DNA from: Candidatus Iainarchaeum sp.
GTDB lineage: Archaea; Iainarchaeota; Iainarchaeia; Iainarchaeales; JAFCCJ01
Assembly (NCBI GenBank): GCA_043816965.1
Contig: JBDRHK010000062.1
Span: forward strand, 1 to 14,790
Reading direction: 5' to 3'
DNA length: 14,790 nt
The notes beneath the pieces were generated by a model. It was not told where the DNA came from. It was given only the letters and a program-made list of their open reading frames with translations, and ran no database searches. How positions within the stretch are numbered: the stretch's first letter is position 1; every line of letters starts with the position of its first letter. Positions 7,622 through 14,776 of the stretch are shown piece after piece. Both the position numbers and the translations under genes were made by a program.

Positions 7622-7855
7622 ATGCCAATAGGGCGGATTTTTAGAACTTATGTAAAAAGTGCATCTGATGCAGTAAATAGAATTAGAAGAAAGAATCTTG
7701 GGGCTGCAAGGAAATTCAGTCCCGGGGAAGAGCCAGAAACTGGACAAAAAAAGACTTTCCAGAAAATGCTGGATGAGGAAAGAGCAAAACTTGCTAAGAA
7801 TATGAAAAAGAAAGGGCCTGATGAGACTGGAAAACATATTGACACTAAAGGTTAA
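7622..7855 (+). CDS. Small basic hypothetical protein (77 aa from ATG 7622)
   Basis: ATG 2 nt after the upstream stop; MPIGRIFRTYVK...GKHIDTKG*. Confidence 0.6.
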   Translation: MPIGRIFRTYVKSASDAVNRIRRKNLGAARKFSPGEEPETGQKKTFQKMLDEERAKLAKNMKKKGPDETGKHIDTKG

Positions 7856-7908
7856 CTTCTACATAACTGTCTTCTGTAAACAATCTTTTAGAAAAAGAAA
7901 TAATCTTT

Positions 7909-10900
7909 TTACCTCTCCCTTAAAACCTTTTTCAGCCGGTTTTCAGAACCATTTTTCTTTTTGCGGAAAAATTTGAAATATGCCACTGCAGCGATTATCG
8001 CCAGCAAGGGGAGCACTGAAAGTGGAATTTCAGGAAATTGGAGGCCTGTTACAGGGGCTGTTGCCATTCCAACCAAACCAATTGATGAAAGGTAGTTTTC
8101 CTTTTCCAGCTCATTTCTGGCGTCATCAAACAATTGCTTCATTTCCTCTGTCGCGGTGCTTTCATCAACCTTTTCAACCGCGGAATTAAAGAAAATAACT
8201 GCATCCTTTTTTAGTTTGTTGAAATAGGAATCCAGTTCGGAATTAATCGCATTGGATTTTTCAATGGCATCCTCGAATTTGTTTTTGGATTTTCCGAAAA
8301 CTTCAACAGCAGATGCAAAATCCCCCTTGCCGTAACTTTTTCCGAATTCAGAAATTAATCCTGCTATTTCAGGAGAATCTATTTCCTGCAGCAAAAGTTC
8401 AAGTTTGTCAAGCCTTTGTTCTGTGAAAGGGACGATGTAGCCAATGGATTTTAACTCCTCTGCAGGGCTGTTTTTGAGCATTTTCCGAAGTGAGGCAATT
8501 GATGCCGGAATTTTCTCGCCAATTAGCTGTTTGAAGGAATTTATTCTGGAATTTATTTCCTCGGCCTCTTTTTTTAGTTCAGTTTCCAGGGATTTGTTCA
8601 GGTCATTGCCTTCAGATTCCGCCCCCTCAAAATTAATCTGCCCGATGGTTGAAACAAGGTCTCTTGCCTGCAGCAACTTCCCAAATGCAAGATTCAAATC
8701 AAGGCTTTTGCCGCTTTGCGATATCTCGAACAGGTTTTGCGCCTCCTCTAATCTGCTCTCCATTTCATTTGCATCGGCATCATTGCCTATTTCCCTCAGT
8801 GAATTGATTTTTTCGGCGAGATTTTCCATTGCATTGCTTACCTCCCCCTGCACTATCTGGAAGGATAATTTCATTTTATCATTCTCATCGGCCTTTGATT
8901 CCAGGGAATAGATCTCCTTAAGCAGCTCATCCATTCCCCTCAATGAACTTGCGCTCTTTAAATCAATTGAGCCAGTTAACTCATTGAATTTTTCCTCCAG
9001 CATCTTTGCCTCTGCTGAAATTTTACCATCACTGTGCATCTTCAAATTTTGCAGCTCATCCTTCACCCCCTCAATTACTTCCTCCCAGTGTGAGCTGAAG
9101 TCATTAACGGAAAAGGACAGGTAGGCCTGGACCTCCTGCTCAGGAAATAACTCAGGGGAAGTGAAGCTCAATTTCCGGTTAGCTAAGGCATCAAAATCTA
9201 TGTTTTTACCTGCTGAAGTGAATAATTTTATGCTGTAAGCAGCCCCTGAAAGCGGGAAATCAACCATGATTTTTGAATTTTTCAGCACATGGTGTTCAAG
9301 CCTGTTGATGAGTGAAAGCGAATAAAAGTAGTTGAAGGAATTGAAATCTGTTTGCTCCATCAAAACCAGGGAGAAGGAGTAATCTATTGGGTTGGCAACC
9401 GAATAATAGATTAAAACCTCGTCTTTTTCTAAAACATTCCCCAGTTCGAATAATAATTTGTCATTTTCAGTCCAATGGCTGATTTTTTTTCCGTGGAAAT
9501 AAACAGCAATTGTCTCCTTTGCAATTCTGGGGAAATTGTTCAGCCCTGTTGACATCTGCAGGGACGGGATTTTTTTCAGGGAGGTTATTTCAATCCTTTT
9601 TTCAATTACAGCTCTGGAGAGGTCGGCCTCAATAACCCTTTCTGTTTCTGTTGAAGAGGTGATTTCCCTTCCCCCTATCTCGCGTTCAATATTTCCCCTG
9701 AGAAAGGAACAGCTTTCGAGCATATAGTTCGGGTTTTCATAGGGCCTTTCAACGGAAACCAGTGAATCATAAATTGGCCTGAAATCATTTAAGCCAGATT
9801 CCTCCTGGGCCAGCATATTTTCCACAGAGGAAAGGCAGGCAGCAATATCTTCATCCAGCGAATTCTCAAATGCCTCCCTGTCCTCAAGGCCGAGTTTGAA
9901 TCTTCCGAATTCCTCAAGGATTTCCCTGCAGGAGAATAATTTTTCATTGGTCTCCTTTCGGGAATTGTAGGTTTTGAGGCCAAAGGAAATGCTGGCCCTT
10001 AAATCACCCAAAAAAGAAAGCTCTTCATCAAGATATGCCGCTGAATCAATCTCCTTGCCGATGAATTCTGTGCGGGAGTCACATAAAAGTTCCAGTCCGG
10101 AGACAACCTCTGTTGAAAAAAATCTCGCGCTTTCTTCCGTCTTTTTCAGTTCAAAGTGGATTTCCTTCAGCTCTTTTGTCCTTTCGCCAATCGACAAATC
10201 ACTTACTTTCCATTCCCCAAAACGATGAAGGAGTTCTGACCTTTCCCTTTGCGCATTCTCAACAAAACTTGAGATTTCATCAATTGAATGGCTTTGGACA
10301 GAAATTTCGCTTTCCTGCCCCAAAAGGGAATAAAGCTCGGCTAAAAAATCCTTATCAAAGGAGTTAAGCGCGGATGAATTCAGGGAATTCAGTTCTTTTT
10401 CAAGTTCCGGAAATGTTGACTCAACCTCCTGCTGAATTGAGTTATTCCTTTCCTCCATTTCTTTCAAATTCCTGTTGGCTGAATTCATCAGTTCGAAGAA
10501 TTTTTTCGCCGAGGAATTTTCAGTCCCAACCATTTCATTGAAGGAATTCAGGAGCTCGAAGGAGGGGAAATGCTGCAGGAAGGAAACAGCATGGTCAATG
10601 GAAAGGGAATCTGAAAAGAAATTCACTGAGTTGTTGAAGAATTCCTTCATCAGGGGAAAATCCTTAATCTCCTTGGGAATCTGCTCAAAAAGAATTTTAT
10701 CCACACCAAAAACCATGTCATAAACAGTCACCTCCTCAATAACCCTGTCCTCAAAACCAAGGATTTTTGAGACCTCGGTGAAGAGCTCTGTTGCTTTCAG
10801 GTATTTGGCGGCATAGCTGCTCCCCTCAGGGTTGGAGCGGTAAAGGATTTCATTTTCGTTGTTTACGAATTCAGTGTAATCATTGAACAGGGGCTCCTCA

Positions 10901-11367
10901 CGGATTAGGTTGATGTCCTGTTCCTCAAGAATTTGTTTCTCAAGCAGGATTATTGCAAAGGAGGTTTTGCCTGCCCCATCAATTGCCGCAAACGCCTCTG
11001 AAAGATTGTGGTTTAGTTCATTGGTCTGCTGGTTTAGGCCGTTGAAATTATCTGGACTGGAGCAGATTGAATTTATTTTTGAAAGGTTCTTCTGCGCGCG
11101 GTTAAAATAGAGCCAGCTCCTTGCGACGTGGTTCTTGTAAATATGCATCATCTGCCTTATTTCAAATGAGAGCATTGCATCTTCTGTGCTGAAACTGGAT
11201 TCAACTTTCGCAAGGCAGGATTCCTGAGTTGTGCAGTCAGGAACTTTGGGCTGCGAGGGGGTTGAAAGGTCAATGCAAAGCAGCCTTTGCTCAATTGATG
11301 GTTCCTGGATGCAGCCTGCAAAAATAAGTAAAATTAGCAGAAACAGTGGCAAGATGTGCGATTTCAT
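7909..11367 (-). CDS. Large (about 1152 aa) acidic coiled-coil surface protein with N-terminal lipobox and C-terminal TM helix
   Basis: Likely ATG at 11367: MKSHILPLFLLILLIFAGC (lipobox-like). Long heptad-rich helical segments with scattered Cys, a beta-rich central region, and C-terminal IPLSVLPLLAIIAAVAYFKFF followed by RKKK. Confidence 0.85.
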   Translation of the reverse strand: MKSHILPLFLLILLIFAGCIQEPSIEQRLLCIDLSTPSQPKVPDCTTQESCLAKVESSFSTEDAMLSFEIRQMMHIYKNHVARSWLYFNRAQKNLSKINSICSSPDNFNGLNQQTNELNHNLSEAFAAIDGAGKTSFAIILLEKQILEEQDINLIREEPLFNDYTEFVNNENEILYRSNPEGSSYAAKYLKATELFTEVSKILGFEDRVIEEVTVYDMVFGVDKILFEQIPKEIKDFPLMKEFFNNSVNFFSDSLSIDHAVSFLQHFPSFELLNSFNEMVGTENSSAKKFFELMNSANRNLKEMEERNNSIQQEVESTFPELEKELNSLNSSALNSFDKDFLAELYSLLGQESEISVQSHSIDEISSFVENAQRERSELLHRFGEWKVSDLSIGERTKELKEIHFELKKTEESARFFSTEVVSGLELLCDSRTEFIGKEIDSAAYLDEELSFLGDLRASISFGLKTYNSRKETNEKLFSCREILEEFGRFKLGLEDREAFENSLDEDIAACLSSVENMLAQEESGLNDFRPIYDSLVSVERPYENPNYMLESCSFLRGNIEREIGGREITSSTETERVIEADLSRAVIEKRIEITSLKKIPSLQMSTGLNNFPRIAKETIAVYFHGKKISHWTENDKLLFELGNVLEKDEVLIYYSVANPIDYSFSLVLMEQTDFNSFNYFYSLSLINRLEHHVLKNSKIMVDFPLSGAAYSIKLFTSAGKNIDFDALANRKLSFTSPELFPEQEVQAYLSFSVNDFSSHWEEVIEGVKDELQNLKMHSDGKISAEAKMLEEKFNELTGSIDLKSASSLRGMDELLKEIYSLESKADENDKMKLSFQIVQGEVSNAMENLAEKINSLREIGNDADANEMESRLEEAQNLFEISQSGKSLDLNLAFGKLLQARDLVSTIGQINFEGAESEGNDLNKSLETELKKEAEEINSRINSFKQLIGEKIPASIASLRKMLKNSPAEELKSIGYIVPFTEQRLDKLELLLQEIDSPEIAGLISEFGKSYGKGDFASAVEVFGKSKNKFEDAIEKSNAINSELDSYFNKLKKDAVIFFNSAVEKVDESTATEEMKQLFDDARNELEKENYLSSIGLVGMATAPVTGLQFPEIPLSVLPLLAIIAAVAYFKFFRKKKNGSENRLKKVLRER

Positions 11368-11402
11368 TCTAAAATTCTGCAAGGAAATCTATTTAATTAT
11401 TT

Positions 11403-11414
11403 CGTCAATTGACG
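11403..11414. promoter_or_regulatory. Perfect 12-bp palindrome CGTCAATTGACG in a divergent promoter region
   Basis: Self-complementary; lies between the divergent starts at 11367(-) and 11488(+). Confidence 0.4.
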
Positions 11415-11443
11415 TAATATTATAAAGATAAGTTTTATATATT

Positions 11444-11473
11444 GCCTGCTACACCATATATGGTGTGGTAGGC
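11444..11473. promoter_or_regulatory. 30-bp near-perfect palindrome, probable autoregulatory operator of the DUF6516/HTH pair
   Basis: GCCTGCTACACCATA|TATGGTGTGGTAGGC, 13/15 paired, with a perfect 16-bp core ACACCATATATGGTGT. Immediately downstream of TATA TTTTATAT (11433-11440). Confidence 0.75.
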
Positions 11474-11487
11474 TATACTGTGGTTTT

Positions 11488-11772
11488 ATGGCCGACCTTT
11501 TGAGAAGAAACAAGAAACAGTTGGATAAATATTCGTTTATTGAATACAGAATATATTCTGTACCAGAAAGCGAAGATTTTCCAGATGGGGTTAAGTATTC
11601 AATGAATTTTGTTATTAAGGAGGAGTGCGTTCTAAGGTATGATAATGAAAGGGGGAAGGGGCATCATAGGCATCTTGGAGAAGTAGAATCAAAAATTCAA
11701 TTTAAATCAATAAATATTTTAATTAAGAATTTTTTCGGAGAGGTGGGGAAAATACGAAGAGGATTAAAATGA
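11488..11772 (+). CDS. DUF6516 (TumE-like) family protein, putative toxin of a TA pair
   Basis: FPDGVKYSM...LRYDNERGKGHHRH signature; 94 aa; ATGA overlap with the downstream HTH gene. Confidence 0.8.
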   Translation: MADLLRRNKKQLDKYSFIEYRIYSVPESEDFPDGVKYSMNFVIKEECVLRYDNERGKGHHRHLGEVESKIQFKSINILIKNFFGEVGKIRRGLK

Positions 11773-12134
11773 AACTGAGAGAAATAACCATAAAGATTGA
11801 AAGCCTGGATGAAATGGGTAAAGACTTTGTTGAAACATACGAAAAATTGAAGAAAGGGGAGAAAGTTCAAAAGCAGGAAATTCTCTCATTCGAAAATATC
11901 GAGACGCTAAGAAAGATTATAACAAACGAGAGAATTCGGCTGCTTAAACTTATCCGCACAAGAAAGCCAAAAACTATTTACGAGCTTGCCAAAATAGCAA
12001 AAAGGCCATATTCCAATGTGTTTAAGGACGTGAAAAAACTTGAAAACTTGGGCCTTATTGGATTGGGTGGGGAAAATCACGATCAGGGACCCATAGCAAA
12101 GTATGACAGGTTAAAGATTGCGATTCCTGTGTGA
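11769..12134 (+). CDS. Winged-HTH DNA-binding protein (HVO_A0114-like), putative antitoxin/regulator
   Basis: LSFENIETLRKIITNERIRLLKLI...PKTIYELAKIAKRPYSNVFKDVKKLENLGLI...PIAKYDRLKI; typical partner of DUF6516 genes. Confidence 0.8.
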   Translation: MKLREITIKIESLDEMGKDFVETYEKLKKGEKVQKQEILSFENIETLRKIITNERIRLLKLIRTRKPKTIYELAKIAKRPYSNVFKDVKKLENLGLIGLGGENHDQGPIAKYDRLKIAIPV

Positions 12135-12179
12135 GCAGTAAAGGTTTTATCCACTAAAGCCCCATTATATCTGGTTTGA

Positions 12180-12824
12180 ATGGGCATTTTTAGCAATCTT
12201 AAGGAATCCCTTCAGGGCGTACAGTTCTCACTGATGCCAAAATCTGTTGAGTCCCTGGATCATCGGAGGGAGACACTTCTTGATGAGATTTACCTCGCAG
12301 AAAAGAAGATGCTGAGGAGGGAAATCAGCGAAAAGATGTTTGTTGAATTCCGTGAGGAAAAACTGAAGGATTTGATTGCTGTTGAGGCCGAAATTTCGAC
12401 CAAAAAAATTGAAAGCGAGATTAACAGGATTGCCGCAGGGGAAATGGACAAATTAAGCCCTGAGAGAAGGCAGGCCATGAAGGAACTTATTAAGAAAAAG
12501 GAACTGATTTTGAAGGAGCTGAAGATTGCGAGGAAGAAATATTTCCACCGCGAGTTTGATGCCAGAACATATCAGGAACTCATAAAGGACAAGAACAAGG
12601 AACTGATTGAGATTGAGGTTCAGATAAAGCACCTTTACAGGGCGGAAGCAAGGGAGATTATGAAAAAGGCAGAGCAAATCCTTGCAATGAGCGAGGAACA
12701 GAGGCTATCATCCCATGCTGAGGAAATTGCTGATGCCCTTTTCCAGCAGATTCCTATTGAGGGGGAATCTGTTTCAAAGGGCCATGCGGAGTATGTTCCA
12801 CGAAGGAAAAGGAGGAAGCATTAG
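12180..12824 (+). CDS. Hypothetical coiled-coil protein with two internal SHOCT-like helical repeats
   Basis: 214 aa; aa 24-74 and aa 101-151 align without gaps; basic tail PRRKRRKH. Its stop codon abuts the AMMECR1 ATG. Confidence 0.75.
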   Translation: MGIFSNLKESLQGVQFSLMPKSVESLDHRRETLLDEIYLAEKKMLRREISEKMFVEFREEKLKDLIAVEAEISTKKIESEINRIAAGEMDKLSPERRQAMKELIKKKELILKELKIARKKYFHREFDARTYQELIKDKNKELIEIEVQIKHLYRAEAREIMKKAEQILAMSEEQRLSSHAEEIADALFQQIPIEGESVSKGHAEYVPRRKRRKH

Positions 12825-13448
12825 ATGTTTACGGTTGAGGATGCCGGGAAATTAATTGCCTTGGCGAGGAAAAGCATTGAATATTATCTTGCATCAGGCA
12901 GATACTTGATGGATGAGCCAAAGGAGAGGAAATTTAAGGAGGAGAGGGGGGCCTTTGTTTCCCTGCACACATATCCCGGGCACCAATTAAGGGGCTGCAT
13001 TGGTTTTATAGAGCCAATTAAATCAGTCTGGGAGACTGTAATTGAGTGTTCTGTTTCTGCCGCATTTAGGGATCCTCGATTTCCAAAACTTACTGCCAGT
13101 GAATGGGGGAGGAATGATATTGTTGTTGAGATTTCTGTTTTAAGTATTCCTGATTTAATTTATGTGACCGATCCTGAGGAATATTTGGGGAAAATACAAA
13201 TCGGGAGAGATGGGCTGATAATTGAGAGGGGCATCAATAAAGGGATTCTTCTTCCGCAAGTTCCTGTTGAATTTGGCTGGGGGGTTGAGGAATTCCTGAA
13301 CCAATGCTGCCTCAAAGCTGGCTTGAGGAAAGATGAATGGGAAGAGGACGGAACTGTTGTTTACAAATTCTCGGCGCATGTCTGGAAAGAATCTGCCCCA
13401 AAGGGAGAGGTAATTGAGGAAAACCTTAACAGCCCTCATCAGGATTGA
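12825..13448 (+). CDS. AMMECR1-domain protein (TIGR00296 / PH0010-like)
   Basis: RGAFVSL, LRGCIG, AAFRDPRF, VEISVLS, GRDGLII, GILLPQV, CLKAGL motifs. Confidence 0.95.
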   Translation: MFTVEDAGKLIALARKSIEYYLASGRYLMDEPKERKFKEERGAFVSLHTYPGHQLRGCIGFIEPIKSVWETVIECSVSAAFRDPRFPKLTASEWGRNDIVVEISVLSIPDLIYVTDPEEYLGKIQIGRDGLIIERGINKGILLPQVPVEFGWGVEEFLNQCCLKAGLRKDEWEEDGTVVYKFSAHVWKESAPKGEVIEENLNSPHQD

Positions 13449-13752
13449 TTCCGTTTTCTATCAGGCATTGGTAGTAGGAATCTGCCTGGGAATCCAATAC
13501 TTCATTTGTTTCCAACAATGCATTGTAGTCCTGCACAATTCCACTGTTCATGACAGGGTCAACAAATTGATTTGTTAAAATTCCGCCAATCAGCACTCCC
13601 AAGAGGAAAATAAAAATCACGAAAACTTTCCCCATGCTCCAGAACTTTTTACCCCTCTTTTTTGGGCGCTCATAATCATCATCGTCATCAGAGTAGGATG
13701 TTTGGGAACCCAAATCAATATCGTCCTCAAAAATCTTCTTTTTTCTGGGCAT
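13426..13752 (-). CDS. Hypothetical single-pass membrane protein
   Basis: 108 aa: MPRKKK, acidic DDDDD tract, RPKKRGKK, TM VFVIFIFLLGVLIGGIL, short helical C-terminus with two Cys. 23-bp convergent overlap with AMMECR1. Confidence 0.75.
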   Translation of the reverse strand: MPRKKKIFEDDIDLGSQTSYSDDDDDYERPKKRGKKFWSMGKVFVIFIFLLGVLIGGILTNQFVDPVMNSGIVQDYNALLETNEVLDSQADSYYQCLIENGINPDEGC

Positions 13753-13805
13753 TTTATCAGCAATAGTATGGGTTTAGTGGTTAATAAGTTTTTCTGATTC
13801 GGAAA

Positions 13806-14606
13806 TCAGAAAGTGCAGATTACCATTGCATTGGGCAGTTTGTCCTTAAGCGCCTGGCAGCTTGCGTCAGTTCCGGGATTGTTGCCCATGCTTACTGATT
13901 TCAAATTCGGGAGGTCGTAAAGCGGGGTAAAATCGGTTATGTTGTTGCTTCCAATGAAAACCCCTGTCAAACTCTTAATATTGGCCAAAGGGGAAATGTC
14001 CGTAATTTCATTTCCAAGTAAGTTAATTTCCTTTAGTTTTGTATGGCCTGAGAGCTTTGAAAATTCGCTAAGGTCATTAAGCTCTGAGAAAACGATTTCA
14101 ATCTCTTCCAGATTTTTCATATTTGCAAGGAATGCAAGTTCAGGCCCTTGGAGTAAAGCTTTGTGGCTGTTGAATGAGATGCGTTTCATATTGGTTAAAG
14201 TTGAAAGCGAATCATAATCCAGGGTGTGGATTGATTTAGGGGAGGAAATCCAGTTGCTGCTTAATACCAGCTGAAAGCGTTCCAGGCAGGTTAAGCCTGA
14301 GATTCCTGAAAGCGGATTAGGCTCCTCATCACCCATCTTTTTCTCCAATTTATCCTGGCTTTCTTCAGTCAGCATTATGAATGTTCCCTCGAACATTTCG
14401 GTTTTACTTTCTGTGGAATAATTTAAATTGGAGCATAAATTTGCTGTTGGGGGCGCTGTACCTCCGTTTGTTGGGGGAGTAGTGCCTCCATTTGTTGGCG
14501 GGGTGGTTCCTCCATTATCAGGAGGAGTTACCGGCGGGCCATTGTCAGGGCAGCCGCTGAGCAAAAGGGAAATAACCACCAAACCAATCAAAAGGAATTT
14601 TTTCAT
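13806..14606 (-). CDS. Internalin-like leucine-rich-repeat lipoprotein with Pro/Thr linker
   Basis: Lipobox MKKFLLIGLVVISLLLSGC; LRRs such as LKEINLLGNEITDISPLANI, LTGVFIGSNNITDFTPLYDL, LKSVSMGNN; cap CQALKDKLPN. Minus-strand TATA TTTTATATAA at 14633-14642. Confidence 0.88.
   Translation of the reverse strand: MKKFLLIGLVVISLLLSGCPDNGPPVTPPDNGGTTPPTNGGTTPPTNGGTAPPTANLCSNLNYSTESKTEMFEGTFIMLTEESQDKLEKKMGDEEPNPLSGISGLTCLERFQLVLSSNWISSPKSIHTLDYDSLSTLTNMKRISFNSHKALLQGPELAFLANMKNLEEIEIVFSELNDLSEFSKLSGHTKLKEINLLGNEITDISPLANIKSLTGVFIGSNNITDFTPLYDLPNLKSVSMGNNPGTDASCQALKDKLPNAMVICTF
14445..14516 (-). repeat. Three 24-bp coding repeats (NGGTTPPT, NGGTTPPT, NGGTAPPT)
   Basis: aa 31-54 of the LRR lipoprotein, preceded by a degenerate DNGPPVTPPD unit. 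Confidence 0.85.
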
Positions 14607-14673
14607 TTTAATCCTAAATAGAAAAGGCTAACTTATATAAAAAGCTTTTGGGAAAAGTCAGCATTCGGGAAGA

Positions 14674-14733
14674 GGAAAATCACAATCTAGAACCTATTGC
14701 GAAATACGAAAGGTGAAGATTGCAATACCGGTT
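14674..14733 (+). pseudogene. Frameshifted relic of the 3' end of an HTH gene homologous to 11769..12134
   Basis: Reads ENHNLEPIAKYER-(1-nt deletion)-KIAIPV versus ENHDQGPIAKYDRLKIAIPV at 12072-12131; 45/61 nt and 15/20 aa identical. Confidence 0.85.
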
Positions 14734-14738
14734 AATAG

Positions 14739-14776
14739 AAAAAAGTTTACGCTAGTCTAACCAGCCAGTCAGACTA
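14739..14776 (-). terminator. Possible hairpin plus T6 terminator for a minus-strand transcript entering from beyond the window
   Basis: Minus strand reads TAGTCTGACT-GGCT-GGTTAGACTA (10-bp stem including 2 G-U pairs), then 8 nt, then TTTTTT. Confidence 0.35.

Noticed and set aside
6209..7845. Alternative ORFs 6209..6397(+), 7478..7837(-) and 7648..7845(-)
   Set aside because: They overlap better-supported genes and have no start signals or motifs.
7980..11425. Many short ORFs nested in the giant minus-strand gene
   Set aside because: Antisense or off-frame shadows of a continuous 1152-aa ORF.
12290..14631. Nested ORFs 12290..12478, 12453..12677, 13155..13439, 13939..14217 and 14428..14631
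   Set aside because: Opposite-strand shadows of well-supported genes.
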